Positions 1-10,915 are shown, numbered from the stretch's first letter. The stretch: 64,000 nucleotides of DNA from Candidatus Marinacidobacterales bacterium (GCA_965237955.1 OZ250169.1:4736001-4800000), one strand, 5' to 3'. Notes: generated by a model not told the origin, from the sequence alone. Made by a program: numbers and translations.

Positions 1-1
1 G

Positions 2-1216
2 GACGACCGATCGAAGCAATTCGCTTCCATCGAAGCTGCTCTCGAGGAGCTCCGTGCCGGCAAGATGGTGATCGTCGCCGACGACGAAGACCGCGAGAAC
101 GAGGGCGACCTCACCATCGCGGCCGAGAAAGTTACGCCCGACGTCATCAATTTCATGGCTGTCCACGGGCGCGGTCTGATTTGCATGCCGATGACCGGCG
201 AGCGACTCGATGAGCTGCGCGTCCCGCTCATGGTCTCCGAGAACACCTCGAGCTATGGCACCGCCTTTTGTGTCTCCATCGAGGCGAAGGCCGGTGTCAG
301 CACCGGCATCTCCGCTGCCGATCGCGCCCGGACGGTGCTCGCTGCGGTCGACCCGCAGACGACGCCGTCCGACCTCGTTCGCCCGGGCCACATGTTCCCG
401 CTCCGCGCGAAGGTGGGAGGTGTCTTGCAGCGCGCCGGTCAGACGGAAGCGGCGGTAGATCTCGCCCGCATCGCCGGCCTGTATCCTGCGGGTGTGATCT
501 GCGAGGTCATGAACGAAGACGGCACCATGGCCCGTGTTCCCGACCTCGAGCGCTTCGCGAAACGCCACGACATCAAGCTGATTACCGTCGCGGATCTGAT
601 TCGATACCGGTTGCAGACCGAGCGGCTGGTCAAGCGTGTGTCCGAGGCACGTCTTCCCACTGATTTCGGCGAGTTTCGCATCGCGGCTTTCGAAAGCGTC
701 AACGATGGCACGACGCACATGGCGCTCATTCTCGGCGATATCCGGCCCGAGGACGATATCCTCGTGCGCGTGCACTCGCAATGCATCACCGGGGAAGTGT
801 TCCATTCCAAACGCTGTGACTGCGGACCGCAGCTCGACGCGGCGCTTAAGCAGATCGGCAAAGAAGGGCGCGGTGTCTTGCTATACCTGCATCAAGAGGG
901 CCGCGGCATCGGTCTCGTGAACAAGATCCGGGCCTACGCTCTCCAGGACGAGGGCCTGGATACCGTCGACGCGAACGAACGGCTGGGGTTCAAAGCAGAT
1001 CAACGCGAATACGGCATCGGCGCGCAGATCCTGACCGAGATCGGTGTGCGCAAGCTCCGGCTTTTGACCAACAATCCGAGGAAGTTCGTCGCTCTCGAGG
1101 CGTACGGGCTTCGCATTGCGGAACGGGTGCCGATCGAAGTACCCGCAAACGAGGTTTCGGCTTCGTACCTGAAAACCAAGAAGGAACGCCTGGGCCACCT
1201 GCTCGAGAAGGTTTGA
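2..1216 (+). CDS. ribBA: Bifunctional DHBP synthase / GTP cyclohydrolase II (5' end runs off the window)
   Basis: [35 protein letters not shown] and QEGRGIGL motifs; frame is open from position 2 ([17 protein letters not shown]). Confidence 0.97.
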   Translation, partial: DDRSKQFASIEAALEELRAGKMVIVADDEDRENEGDLTIAAEKVTPDVINFMAVHGRGLICMPMTGERLDELRVPLMVSENTSSYGTAFCVSIEAKAGVSTGISAADRARTVLAAVDPQTTPSDLVRPGHMFPLRAKVGGVLQRAGQTEAAVDLARIAGLYPAGVICEVMNEDGTMARVPDLERFAKRHDIKLITVADLIRYRLQTERLVKRVSEARLPTDFGEFRIAAFESVNDGTTHMALILGDIRPEDDILVRVHSQCITGEVFHSKRCDCGPQLDAALKQIGKEGRGVLLYLHQEGRGIGLVNKIRAYALQDEGLDTVDANERLGFKADQREYGIGAQILTEIGVRKLRLLTNNPRKFVALEAYGLRIAERVPIEVPANEVSASYLKTKKERLGHLLEKV

Positions 1217-1226
1217 CGCTTCCGTG

Positions 1227-1688
1227 ATGAACCCCGAGCTCCTCAAACGGGTCCAGCTGTTCGAGGGGCTGTCGGACCCGGAGCTTGCCGAGATTCTCAT
1301 GCTCGGGGCCGTCAAGGAGTACGCCAAAGACGACGTTATTTTCGAAGACGGCGCGCCCGGCGACTGCTTCTACGTGATTTACGCGGGGTCGGTGCGCATC
1401 AGCAAGTTGTTCGAGAACATGGGCGAAGAGGCGCTGACTGTGTTGGGCGCTGGGGATTTTCTGGGCGAGATGTCGTTTTTCGACGACGAGCCACGCTCTG
1501 CGCGCGCGGTCGCTCACGAAGATGCCAAGCTTCTCGAGATCCGAAACCAAGCGCTCAAAGAACATCTCGAGCGACGGCCCGATGTAGCGTTGAAGTTCCT
1601 CTGGGGGTTCGCTCGAACGCTGTCGCAGAGGGTCCGCGACACCAACGAGAAGTTTTCAGCCCTGTTCGCGATCTCCAGGGTTTTTTAG
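1227..1688 (+). CDS. Stand-alone cyclic nucleotide-binding domain protein (no HTH)
   Basis: IFEDGAPGDCFYVIYAGSV, GDFLGEMSFFDDEPRSA cNMP motifs; ends after the C-helix. Confidence 0.88.
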   Translation: MNPELLKRVQLFEGLSDPELAEILMLGAVKEYAKDDVIFEDGAPGDCFYVIYAGSVRISKLFENMGEEALTVLGAGDFLGEMSFFDDEPRSARAVAHEDAKLLEIRNQALKEHLERRPDVALKFLWGFARTLSQRVRDTNEKFSALFAISRVF

Positions 1689-1770
1689 GTCGGTCGCAGC
1701 TTTCCCTCCCGAAGCCTCAAGTAATGTCTTAGCTCCGGGCACGTACCGCCTCGAACGGCCGGAATCCTCC

Positions 1771-1799
1771 TTGACTTTGACCATGCGGTCTTCTAACAT
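1771..1799 (+). promoter_or_regulatory. Sigma70-type promoter for the ffh operon
   Basis: TTGACT-17 nt-TAACAT, ~50 nt upstream of ffh. Confidence 0.55.
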
Positions 1800-1852
1800 T
1801 AGCTGTTGCACTACTTAAAGGGGAGATCCGTCTCCCGAGCCACACTTTAGCC

Positions 1853-3193
1853 ATGTTCGAGCAGCTTTCAACAAAGCTTCAGGGTGCCTTCAAAAAGCTC
1901 CGGGGGCAAGGGCGACTCAAAGAGGAGCACGTCGACAATGCGTTGAAAGAGATCCGCCTCGCGTTGCTCGAAGCGGACGTCCAGTTCGGTGTAGCGCGGG
2001 ATTTCGTGAAGCGCGTGCGCGATCAAGCGGTCGGTGAGGAGATCCTCGGCTCGCTAACGGCCGCCCAGCAAGTGATCAAGATCACGCGCGACGAGATGGT
2101 GCAGCTCCTCGGGGGGCGCCAAGCCGGTCTCGAGCTCAACGATCGGTGGCCCGCGGTCGTGTTGATGGCCGGGCTTCAAGGATCGGGCAAGACGACGACG
2201 TCCGCCAAGCTAGCTCGACTCCTCCGGGAGTCGGGAAAGCATCCGGCCCTGGTGTCGGTCGACGTTCGGCGTCCCGCGGCGCTCGAACAGCTCAAAGTGC
2301 TCGGCGCCACACTCGAGTTACCCGTCATCGAGCCGGAGACACTGGATCCCGTCGCGCGTGCGCGAGAAGCGATGCGCTCCGCCAAAGATCATGGCCGTGA
2401 CGTGCTCATCGTCGACACCGCGGGTCGCATGCACGTCGACGACGAGCTCATGGAAGAGCTCGTCGCTCTCGCCGCTATTACCGAACCCTCGGAAACTTTG
2501 TTCGTCGCCGATGCGATGACCGGACAAGACGCCGTCAAGAGTGCTACCAGCTTCGGGGCATCGGTACGGTTGACCGGGCACGTGCTGACGAAGCTCGACG
2601 GCGACGCGCGTGGTGGCGCCGCGCTCTCGATTGCTGCCGTCACCGGTGTACCCATCAAGTTAATAGGCGTGGGGGAGAAGCTCGACGAGCTCGAGGTGTT
2701 CCACCCCGATCGCATGGCGTCCCGCATCCTGGGGATGGGCGATGTGCTCAGCCTCATCGAGCGTGCGGAGAAATCGTTCGAAGAGAAGGACGCGGTGGAG
2801 CTTGCCCGCAAGATGCAACGGGACGAGCTCACGCTCGAAGACTTCCGCATCCAGCTTCGTCAGATGAAGCGCATGGGGTCGATTCAAGAGCTCATGAGGT
2901 TTCTTCCTGGAGCATCGCAGCTTCCTGCACAAGTCGATGAAGGTGAGCTCCAACGGTTCGAGGCGATCCTCGATTCGATGACGCTCGACGAGCGGAGCCA
3001 TCCCCAGGTCGTCAACGGCTCACGCCGGCGGCGGATTGCCCGCGGCAGCGGTACTGCGGTCTCCGACGTCAACCGATTACTCAAACGGTTTGCCGAAGCC
3101 CGCAAGATGGTTCGGAAACTTTCTCGAATCCAAAAGGGCGGCAAAGGGAGCTCGAAGAAGCTCGCCCAGATGCTCGGTGGATTTGGAAGATGA
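1853..3193 (+). CDS. ffh: Signal recognition particle protein Ffh
   Basis: GLQGSGKTT, DTAGR, TKLDGDARGGAALS, M-domain SRRRRIARGSG. Confidence 0.98.
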   Translation: MFEQLSTKLQGAFKKLRGQGRLKEEHVDNALKEIRLALLEADVQFGVARDFVKRVRDQAVGEEILGSLTAAQQVIKITRDEMVQLLGGRQAGLELNDRWPAVVLMAGLQGSGKTTTSAKLARLLRESGKHPALVSVDVRRPAALEQLKVLGATLELPVIEPETLDPVARAREAMRSAKDHGRDVLIVDTAGRMHVDDELMEELVALAAITEPSETLFVADAMTGQDAVKSATSFGASVRLTGHVLTKLDGDARGGAALSIAAVTGVPIKLIGVGEKLDELEVFHPDRMASRILGMGDVLSLIERAEKSFEEKDAVELARKMQRDELTLEDFRIQLRQMKRMGSIQELMRFLPGASQLPAQVDEGELQRFEAILDSMTLDERSHPQVVNGSRRRRIARGSGTAVSDVNRLLKRFAEARKMVRKLSRIQKGGKGSSKKLAQMLGGFGR

Positions 3194-3233
3194 ACATCAA
3201 TAGCGAAACGAAAGGGAGGTGAGTGAGAAATTC

Positions 3234-3473
3234 ATGTTGAGGATACGGCTAGCACGCAGGGGAAGTAAAAAGCGCCCTCATTATCGCATTGTCGTCTCGG
3301 ATTCCACGATGGGCCGCGGCGGCAATATCGTGGAAAGCGTCGGCACTTATGAGCCGAAACCCGCCGAAGCGAAAGTCGAATTGAAGCGGGAACGCATCGA
3401 GTACTGGCTCTCGAAGGGAGCGTCAGCGACGGATACGGTGAAGAGTCTCATCAAGAAGCACAATACTACTTGA
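3234..3473 (+). CDS. rpsP: 30S ribosomal protein S16
   Basis: MLRIRLARRGSKKRPHYRIVV; ffh-rpsP-khpA-rimM-trmD-rplS order. Confidence 0.96.
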   Translation: MLRIRLARRGSKKRPHYRIVVSDSTMGRGGNIVESVGTYEPKPAEAKVELKRERIEYWLSKGASATDTVKSLIKKHNTT

Positions 3474-3524
3474 AACGCCGGACGGTTCCACGACTCGCGG
3501 GTGCGCTAGCAGGAGGAAGCGGCT

Positions 3525-3755
3525 ATGAAGGAACTGTTGGAGCTCATTGCGAAAGCGCTCGTTGACGATCCGGACGAAGTCTCGGTTTCTGTGGTGGAAG
3601 GAGAACAAACGACCATCCTTGAGCTGCGTGTAGCTCAGGACGATTTGGGTAAGGTCATCGGCAAGCAAGGGAGGACGGCACGGGCGATTCGAACGTTGCT
3701 GTCTGCAGGCGGCACGAAATTGGGAAAACGCTTTCATTTGGAAATCATCGAGTGA
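3525..3755 (+). CDS. khpA: KH-domain RNA-binding protein
   Basis: [17 protein letters not shown]; AGGAGG RBS; operon position. Confidence 0.95.
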   Translation: MKELLELIAKALVDDPDEVSVSVVEGEQTTILELRVAQDDLGKVIGKQGRTARAIRTLLSAGGTKLGKRFHLEIIE

Positions 3756-4348
3756 GACCATGCGCGATGCCGACCAAGGCGACAAAGCCGATCATGCCGA
3801 TCATTGAAGAGGAACTTCTCGAGTGGGCCGAGCTCGTCGCAATCGGCGTCATCGCGAAGTCCCAGGGACGCGAAGGCGAAGTGGCAGTGAACCCGCTGAC
3901 CGATTTCCCGGAGCGTTTCATCGGCCTTACTCGTGTGTTCATCGAGGGCGCGGGTGGCGAGCCCGTGCCTTTTACCGTGGAAGCCGCCCGCGTGCACAAG
4001 GCTCGCCCGGTCGTGAAACTCGCCGGCGTCTCGGGTATCAGCGAGGCACAGGCGCTAGCCGGGAAGGAAATGCGCATACCGACATCCGAGCTCATCTCGC
4101 TCCCCGATGGGAGCTTCTATCACTTCGAAATCTCGGGATTGCGTGTGGTCGACCGAAACCACGGCTTCATCGGTACTGCCGAGGAAGTGCTGAGAACGGG
4201 CGGGACGGACGTTCTCGTCGTGAGATCGCCCGACGGCGAGGAGCTGCTGCTGCCGTTTTGCTCCGAGATTTGTTGCCGCATCGACCCCGATGCCGGGTGC
4301 ATCGAGGTGGAAGCGCCCGAAGGACTGATTGACGTAAATGCGAATTGA
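3752..4348 (+). CDS. rimM: Ribosome maturation factor RimM (start uncertain)
   Basis: [17 protein letters not shown] barrel [12 protein letters not shown]; operon position. Confidence 0.93.
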   Translation: MRPCAMPTKATKPIMPIIEEELLEWAELVAIGVIAKSQGREGEVAVNPLTDFPERFIGLTRVFIEGAGGEPVPFTVEAARVHKARPVVKLAGVSGISEAQALAGKEMRIPTSELISLPDGSFYHFEISGLRVVDRNHGFIGTAEEVLRTGGTDVLVVRSPDGEELLLPFCSEICCRIDPDAGCIEVEAPEGLIDVNAN

Positions 4349-5015
4349 CATCATCACCATCTTCCCGGAGATGTTTCGCGAAGTGTTCGATTTCGGCATC
4401 GTGCGCCGTGCCCGCGAGGCGAACCTCGTGGACGTCCACGTGCATGATCTCCGCGACTTCACGACGGACAAGCATCGCTCGACGGACGATGCACCCTATG
4501 GTGGTGGTCCCGGTATGGTGATGAAGGTCGAGCCCCTGGTCAACGCAGTGGAGGCGATTGCCGCCGCCGAGGGCCGCCTCGTTCTGCTCTCACCGCGCGG
4601 CGTGCCGTTTTCGCAAGATAAAGTCAAAGAGCTTTCTACGGTCGAGCAACTCGTTCTAATAGCGGGCCGCTACGAAGGCGTGGACGAGCGTTTCGCGGTG
4701 GCCACGGGTGCCGAAGAGCTCTCGATTGGAGACTACGTGCTGTCCGGTGGTGAGATTCCGGCGATGGTCGTGGTCGATGCGCTCGTACGTTTGCTCCCGG
4801 GCGCGATCTCCGATCCCGAATCGGCCGAGCAGGATTCGTTCAGCCACGGAGTGCTCGATTGTCCGGACTACACGCGGCCCGAGGAGTTTCGAGGCTTGCG
4901 CGTTCCAGAGGTTTTGCTCTCTGGCAACCACGCCGCCATCCAAAAATGGCGACAACAACAAGCTCTCACCGACACCAAAGTGCGAAGGCCAGAGCTACTG
5001 ACTACAAAAAACTAA
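4338..5015 (+). CDS. trmD: tRNA (guanine37-N1)-methyltransferase
   Basis: DDAPYGGGPGMVM, GRYEGVDER, SIGDYVLSGGE. Confidence 0.98.
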   Translation: MRIDIITIFPEMFREVFDFGIVRRAREANLVDVHVHDLRDFTTDKHRSTDDAPYGGGPGMVMKVEPLVNAVEAIAAAEGRLVLLSPRGVPFSQDKVKELSTVEQLVLIAGRYEGVDERFAVATGAEELSIGDYVLSGGEIPAMVVVDALVRLLPGAISDPESAEQDSFSHGVLDCPDYTRPEEFRGLRVPEVLLSGNHAAIQKWRQQQALTDTKVRRPELLTTKN

Positions 5016-5036
5016 ATTAGTGAGAAGGAATCTTCA

Positions 5037-5384
5037 ATGAACGTCATCGATAAATTGGACGCCCGCGAGCTCAAGAGCGATCTCCCCGAGCTCCGGCCTG
5101 GCGACACCGTCAAAGTACACGTCCGCGTTACCGAGGGAGACAAGGAACGCGTTCAGATTTTCGAAGGCATGATCATTGCCCTCAAGGGTAGTGGGCCGCG
5201 CGCCACCATGACCGTTCGCAAGACGTCTTTCGGTACCGGCGTCGAGCGAATCTTTCCGCTTCATGCCAAAACCGTCGATAAGGTCGAGGTCCTGCGCTCA
5301 CACCATGTAAGGCGAGCAAAGCTCTACTTCATGCGGCAGCGCAAAGGTAAGGCAGCCCGGCTTCGGGAGAAGAGAACGTCTTAA
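5037..5384 (+). CDS. rplS: 50S ribosomal protein L19
   Basis: RPGDTVKVHV, GVERIFPLH, VRRAKLYFMR. Confidence 0.98.
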   Translation: MNVIDKLDARELKSDLPELRPGDTVKVHVRVTEGDKERVQIFEGMIIALKGSGPRATMTVRKTSFGTGVERIFPLHAKTVDKVEVLRSHHVRRAKLYFMRQRKGKAARLREKRTS

Positions 5385-5399
5385 TGTCTCACTCGGGGA

Positions 5400-5950
5400 T
5401 GGTTGAAATCCCTCGCCTTTAGGAGGCTTGGGGTACGATCCCCAGGTGAAAGGATATCGTAAATCATCGCACACGACGTACCAGTTAAACTATCACTTCG
5501 TATTTATCACGAAGTACCGCAAGCCGGCCTTGAGAGGGGATGTAGCGGTTCGTCTCCGGGATCTCATCCGGGAGATCTGTGCTCGGAACCAGATAGAAAT
5601 ACTGAAGGGTCATGTGCGGCCTGAGCAGTTGCATCTGTTACTGAGCGTGCCGCCGAATTTGTCGCCGAGTCGAGTGATGCAGTTGATCAAGGGTAAGACG
5701 TCGAATCGTCTGATGCGAGACTTTCGGACGATGCGGAAGGAGTTCTGGGGTCGGCACCTATGGGCACGGGGTTACTTCGTGGTGACGACGGGCAACGTGA
5801 CGGATGAGGTGATAGCGAAGTATATAGAGTTGCAAGGTGCCGTGCCCCAGGACGACGATTCTTTCAAGGTTAGCGAGTAGTGAAACGAGGCAAGGACAAG
5901 CCGACTTTAGTCGGCGACGTGAACCCATCGCCTTTAGGCGATGGAGCGCA
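5400..5950 (+). mobile_element. IS200/IS605-family element, tnpA only (ends approximate)
   Basis: Shared subterminal motif TCGCCTTTAGG at 5413-5423 and in hairpin CCATCGCC-TTTA-GGCGATGG at 5925-5944; extra hairpin GCCGAC-TTTA-GTCGGC at 5900-5915. Confidence 0.85.
5446..5880 (+). CDS. tnpA: IS200-type Y1 (HUH) transposase; HUH motif reads QLH
   Basis: YHFVFITKYRK, IKGKTS, FWGRHLWARGYFV, YIELQ catalytic Tyr. Confidence 0.93.
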   Translation: MKGYRKSSHTTYQLNYHFVFITKYRKPALRGDVAVRLRDLIREICARNQIEILKGHVRPEQLHLLLSVPPNLSPSRVMQLIKGKTSNRLMRDFRTMRKEFWGRHLWARGYFVVTTGNVTDEVIAKYIELQGAVPQDDDSFKVSE

Positions 5951-6040
5951 CGCGCTCAGTCAGCATCCAGCATGCAGCGTCCAGTCGTTTTGGAATGTCA
6001 GTCAGGAGTTTTTCGTCGTCTCCGTTGAGCGTATAGACCG

Positions 6041-9000
6041 ATGGCCCTGAACAAGGACAAGATCTTCAAAGCCGCAGACAAGTATATCCGCGCCAACAAG
6101 ATCGAAAAAGCCATCAACGAGTACGAGTCGTGGCTGAAGAAGAATCCCAAGGATTGGAACACCGTCCGCGTCGTCGGCGACCTGTACCATCGGATCGGCC
6201 GGAACGACGAAGCCATTAAGAGCTACTCCCTCGTTGCCGACGCCTACAAGCGCGACGGCTTCAACGTGCGCGCCATCGCGACCCACAAGATGATTCTGCG
6301 ACTCGATTCGCAGAACGAAACGGCGATGCGGAACCTCGCCGAGCTGCAGACGGAAGAAGGCCTTCTCATGGAGGCCAAATCGCACTACCAGACGCTGGTC
6401 GAGCTCTACAACAAGCAAGGCCACAAACGCCGCGCGTCTGAAGTCTTCAAGAAGCTCGCCGACATCGACCCTCAGGACGTCAAGGTCCGCTACAAGTACG
6501 CGGAATTCCTCAGCAAGCAGGGTAAGTCCGACGAGGCCTCGCGCGAGTACGTCGGAATCGCAGACCAGTTCATCGGTCAGGGACTCGTCGACGAAGCAGT
6601 CAAGATTCTAGAGCAAGGTCGCTCGCTCGACACTGCCGACCCGGCGCTGAAGATCAAGCTCGCACAAGCGCACACGTTGCAGGGTAACCACGCGCAAGCG
6701 GTGCGCATGCTCGAGGAGGTTCGGCAATCCCATCCGGTCGATCCGAACGTGCTTGGTCGTCTGGGCGAAGCGTACCTTGCTTCCGGAAACACCGCCGAAG
6801 CCGAGACCGCGTTCCAACAGCTGAACGAGGCCGAGCCCGGCAATCCGGACAACGTCATGCGTCTCGCCGATCTGCGGATCGCCCAATCGAAGTTCGACGC
6901 GGCGCTCGAGCAGTTGACGCCGCTCGTCGACAAACAGGTGGCGGACAACGAAGGCGGCAAAGCAGCTGAGTTGCTTCAAAAAGTGCTGGCCAAAGAGCCG
7001 TATCACGTCAAGACGCTCCTCAAGCTGGCCGAAGTTCATACGATCCTCAAACAAGACTCGGCTCGTTTGACCGCCTACGACGGCTTGTGCGAGGCGTACA
7101 ACCGCTCTGGAGACGTCGAGAAGGCCGTTCAAGTGGCTGAGCAGCTCGTCGAGCTCGAGCCGGAGAACGCGCAGCACAAGGACCGGCTGAACTTCCTAAA
7201 ATCGAAGCTCATCGGGCCGAAACCGGCAGCAACCGCACCGCCCTCCGCGGTTTTCGCTCCGTCTCCTGAAGTGCAACTGGATCAGGATCTGCCTGCCCTC
7301 GATGATCTCGGCGTGATCAAGGACGACGAGGTCGATCTCGGCCGAGCGGTTGCGGATAGTTTCGAGGCCGAGCTCACGCTGGACGTCGATGATCAGCCGG
7401 CGAGCGCCTCCGCTGCCGCGGCAGCCGACCTCGGCGACGTTATCGAGCTGACCCAAGAAGACGAAGAGAACATCAAGGAGAAGCTCACCGAGGCCGAAGT
7501 TTTCGTTCGCTACGGCTTGGTGGACAAGGCGATCGCTCAGCTTCTGGACGTCCTAGAGAGCTTCCGGTTTCACACCGAATCGCGGGAGAAGTTGATCGAG
7601 ATCTACAAAGACCAGGGCATGTCGGGCGAAGCTTCCGAGCAGCTCATGCAGCTGTCCCAGGTCTACGACAAGCTGGAGCGCCGTGACGAAAGCGTCCAAG
7701 CGCGCGAGGAAGCGACCCAGCTGAACCCGTCTCTCGCGGCGCAGGCCGCGAGTGCCGAGCTAGCGGCGCAGGAGGAGATCGAGCTGACGCTGTCGCCGGA
7801 AACGGATTCGGATCTCGGCGATGTGGACATCGATCTCGGAGCGCCTGCCGTCGCTCCCGAAGTGGCGATTCCGATCGCGGAGGCCGCGCCCCCCGTTGCC
7901 GAGGCGCCCGTCGAAGAAGAGATCGACATAGTCGTCGACGACGCTCCCGAAATCGTCATCTCGCTCGAGGAGAGCGCGGTGGAAGTTTCCGTCGACATCG
8001 AAGAAGAAATCCCGGTCGAGGTGGATCTCGGCGCTGCGGACGTCGACATCGCCAGCTCGGATATCGATTTAGGCGTCGTCGCTAACCTCGAAGAGCCCGA
8101 AGCGCCCACCGTTGAGCCCGACGAGCCCAGCCTCGATCTCGGTGATGCCGATGGTCTGGAAATCGAGATCGATCTCGACGTGTCCTCCGACGAGATTTCG
8201 TTCGACGTGGCCGGTGATGCCGGTGATGTTGTTGTCGAGGAAGACGCAGCCGCTCCCGTCGAAACCATAGGTCTCGGTGAGGCCCTCGGCGAAGAGCTCG
8301 ACATTTCCATGGAGCCTGATGAGCCTGACGCGGCGGACGAAGAGTTCTCACTGGAGATGCCGGTGGAGCCGCCCGCGGCGCCCGAGCTTCCGGAGATCCC
8401 TGAAATTCCTGAAATTGAAGACGAGATCGTGTCTCCGGATCTAGGAGGTCCCGCGGACGCTTCCGACGACATCGAGATCGACATCCCGTCGGCTCCGCGG
8501 CCGGCTCAGCCGCGTCAGGCCGCTAGTCCGCTCGCAGCGGAATTGGAAGAAGTCGACGAGTACATAGCCCTCGGGTTATACGAGGACGCGCAGGACACGC
8601 TCGGCGAGCTCTTGAAACAGCACCCAGGCAACCAGGATGTGCTTGCGAAGATCGAAGAGCTGGGGTTCTCCGCAGAGCAGGTTCAAAAAGGTCACGCGGC
8701 ACCCGCGAAGGCACCGACGTTCGCGATCCCGGTTGCGCCCGAACCTGTTCAGGACGAGTCCCCGCCGCAGGCTGAATTCGTGCCAACGGCGCCGCCTGTT
8801 GACGACGAGCCAGATCCGCTCGCAGCCGCACTATCGGACGCGCCGCTCACCGACGATGAGATCGGCATCGAGGCGCTCGTGTACGCACCGTCGCCGGAGC
8901 CGTCGCCGGCTCGAGCCGCCGCATCCGGGAAGCAGTTCATCGATCTCGCGTCCGAGCTCTCGGACGAGATCTTCGGGACCCAGAGCGTCATCGACGATGA

Positions 9001-9463
9001 AGAGGACGAGCCAGAAGGCCCGCTCACCGATCCCGGTCTCGATCAGATCTTCAAGGAGTTCCGTAAGGGCGTCGAAAAACAGCTCGGGACGGAAGACTAC
9101 GACACCCGCTACAATCTTGGGATCGCCTACAAGGAGATGGGGCTTCTCGACGAGGCGATCGCAGAGTTCCAGCTCGCGAAGAAAGACGAGCTCCGGGGGC
9201 TCGAGTGTTGCAGCATGCTCGGGTTGTGCTTCATGGAGAAGGGCATGCCGGACATCGCCATCAAATGGTTCTCCAAGGGTCTCGTGCTTCCCGGCCGCCG
9301 GGATGAGGAGTACCACGGCCTTCGATACGACCTCGCGCAGGCGCACGAGGCTGCAAATCAGCTCGAGCATGCGCTCGAGCTGTACATGGAAATCTTCAAA
9401 GACAACGCCCGGTTCCGGGACGTGAAGGACCGGGTAAGTGCGCTCCAAGCGACGCGAAAGTGA
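6041..9463 (+). CDS. Large TPR protein with acidic linker, SgmX-like architecture
   Basis: N-terminal TPR array, internal EAEVFVRYGL repeats, long D/E/P-rich linker, C-terminal TPRs DYDTRYNLGIAYKEMGLLDEAIAEF. Confidence 0.8.
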   Translation: MALNKDKIFKAADKYIRANKIEKAINEYESWLKKNPKDWNTVRVVGDLYHRIGRNDEAIKSYSLVADAYKRDGFNVRAIATHKMILRLDSQNETAMRNLAELQTEEGLLMEAKSHYQTLVELYNKQGHKRRASEVFKKLADIDPQDVKVRYKYAEFLSKQGKSDEASREYVGIADQFIGQGLVDEAVKILEQGRSLDTADPALKIKLAQAHTLQGNHAQAVRMLEEVRQSHPVDPNVLGRLGEAYLASGNTAEAETAFQQLNEAEPGNPDNVMRLADLRIAQSKFDAALEQLTPLVDKQVADNEGGKAAELLQKVLAKEPYHVKTLLKLAEVHTILKQDSARLTAYDGLCEAYNRSGDVEKAVQVAEQLVELEPENAQHKDRLNFLKSKLIGPKPAATAPPSAVFAPSPEVQLDQDLPALDDLGVIKDDEVDLGRAVADSFEAELTLDVDDQPASASAAAAADLGDVIELTQEDEENIKEKLTEAEVFVRYGLVDKAIAQLLDVLESFRFHTESREKLIEIYKDQGMSGEASEQLMQLSQVYDKLERRDESVQAREEATQLNPSLAAQAASAELAAQEEIELTLSPETDSDLGDVDIDLGAPAVAPEVAIPIAEAAPPVAEAPVEEEIDIVVDDAPEIVISLEESAVEVSVDIEEEIPVEVDLGAADVDIASSDIDLGVVANLEEPEAPTVEPDEPSLDLGDADGLEIEIDLDVSSDEISFDVAGDAGDVVVEEDAAAPVETIGLGEALGEELDISMEPDEPDAADEEFSLEMPVEPPAAPELPEIPEIPEIEDEIVSPDLGGPADASDDIEIDIPSAPRPAQPRQAASPLAAELEEVDEYIALGLYEDAQDTLGELLKQHPGNQDVLAKIEELGFSAEQVQKGHAAPAKAPTFAIPVAPEPVQDESPPQAEFVPTAPPVDDEPDPLAAALSDAPLTDDEIGIEALVYAPSPEPSPARAAASGKQFIDLASELSDEIFGTQSVIDDEEDEPEGPLTDPGLDQIFKEFRKGVEKQLGTEDYDTRYNLGIAYKEMGLLDEAIAEFQLAKKDELRGLECCSMLGLCFMEKGMPDIAIKWFSKGLVLPGRRDEEYHGLRYDLAQAHEAANQLEHALELYMEIFKDNARFRDVKDRVSALQATRK

Positions 9464-9568
9464 GATTTCCCTGAGGGTCCTGAGGGCTATTAGCATTGTT
9501 CCAGTTCGGCCGCTGGCGCGGCCTAGCCCTCCGCTCGACAGGCTCGCTGCGGAAGGCGGCTGCGCGCG

Positions 9569-9916
9569 GTGACCGTGGGAGACAGACAATGGTTCGTTCT
9601 CTACGTTCTCGTGTGTCTGGAGGTAGGTTTCTTCTTGATGCTGGTTCCGTGGTCGGCGATCTGGGAGCACAACTATTTTCTCGAGGCGTTCCCGGAGTTG
9701 AGGCCGTTTCTCTTGTCACCGACGCTTAGGGGTGCCGTCTGTGGGCTCGGTCTCGCAAACGTCTATCTCGGCGTTGCCGAGATTCTCAATCGCTTGCGCG
9801 CCGTGAGCGGTGGGCGCGCGGCTTACAACGCAACGAGCGAGCACGAGCACACTGGCCACAACCGTGACGCCGGCCCGTCCAAGCACGATGTCCTCGCCGC
9901 CCCCGAAGAGCGGTAA
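9569..9916 (+). CDS. Small membrane protein (2 TM)
   Basis: Hydrophobic segments, LVPWSAIWEHNYF..RGAVCGLGLANV. Confidence 0.7.
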   Translation: MTVGDRQWFVLYVLVCLEVGFFLMLVPWSAIWEHNYFLEAFPELRPFLLSPTLRGAVCGLGLANVYLGVAEILNRLRAVSGGRAAYNATSEHEHTGHNRDAGPSKHDVLAAPEER

Positions 9917-10056
9917 GAGCAGCATCCAGCATTCAGGTCAGTTCGCGGCGTCGCCGGTAGCGGGCGTTTTGCTTGCCGGCATGCCGAGCCCGACGAGCGA
10001 TGCGCCATTTACGGGCTGGGCGTGGTGTGGGCTGAATGCTGAATGCTGAGTGTGCG

Positions 10057-10797
10057 ATGAACCTGCGTGAGATTCTCGACTCGTTGGGGCCGCATAGCGC
10101 TGGCAGCGACGCCGCGCGGCTACTCGATCATGCGGAAGCCGACGAAGCGCACATCCTTGCCTTGTTGAGGAAACGCGAGCTGGCGACGCCCGTGATCGAG
10201 GCGGTGGCCCGCCATGATCGCTGGAACAAGCGTCACGTCGTGCGATGCGCGATCGTCAACCACATGAAGACGCCGCGCACGTTGGCGCTCCGACTGCTAT
10301 CTTTGCTGTTCTGGAGGGAGCAGCTCCGCGTCGCCGCCAACATTCGTCTCCCCATGCCGCTCCGTTTTGCCGCCGAGAGTCGACTCAAAGAACGACTGCC
10401 CGAGCTCGAGCTCGGCGAGAAAATCTCCATCGCACACTCGGCGCCGCCCGGCCTGATTCCCGCGCTCGCCGCCTGTAACCATGCGCGGGTCATTCAATCG
10501 CTCTTGCGAAACCCGCGCATGCGCGAGCAAGAGGTTCTGGCACTCGTGAAACGAGACACGACCACGGGATCCGTCTTGCGGGTAGTCGCTCAGAGCGAGC
10601 GATGGGTCGTCCGGCCTCCGGTAAGGACCGGGATCGTGTCTCATCGAAACACGCCCGTTCACGTGGCGCTGACACTCGTCTCTCGCATGACACACCGAAC
10701 GCTGCGTGCTCTCATCAAGAACAACGAGCTGCGCCCAGTCGTCGCGATCCGCGTCCGTAAGATCCTTTCTGGCGAGGAGATAGCGTCCCCTCGTTGA
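10057..10797 (+). CDS. Helical-repeat (LRV/HEAT-like) hypothetical protein
   Basis: Repeated AIVNHMKTP / LLRNPRM / IVSHRNTP motifs; LELGEKISIA. Confidence 0.7.
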   Translation: MNLREILDSLGPHSAGSDAARLLDHAEADEAHILALLRKRELATPVIEAVARHDRWNKRHVVRCAIVNHMKTPRTLALRLLSLLFWREQLRVAANIRLPMPLRFAAESRLKERLPELELGEKISIAHSAPPGLIPALAACNHARVIQSLLRNPRMREQEVLALVKRDTTTGSVLRVVAQSERWVVRPPVRTGIVSHRNTPVHVALTLVSRMTHRTLRALIKNNELRPVVAIRVRKILSGEEIASPR

Positions 10798-10822
10798 CAG
10801 GAAATTCCACGTCTGACACAAT
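10794..10822 (+). promoter_or_regulatory. Sigma70-type promoter upstream of the rodZ-like gene
   Basis: TTGACA-17 nt-CACAAT. Confidence 0.55.
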
Positions 10823-10915
10823 AGCCCTGTTAGGAGCGTAGCAGCAAGAAGGCCCCAGTCTGAGGGGGATAGCGGCATTCGGTCTCTTCCAAGCCAAAGA
10901 CTGGCCCCAATTCCC

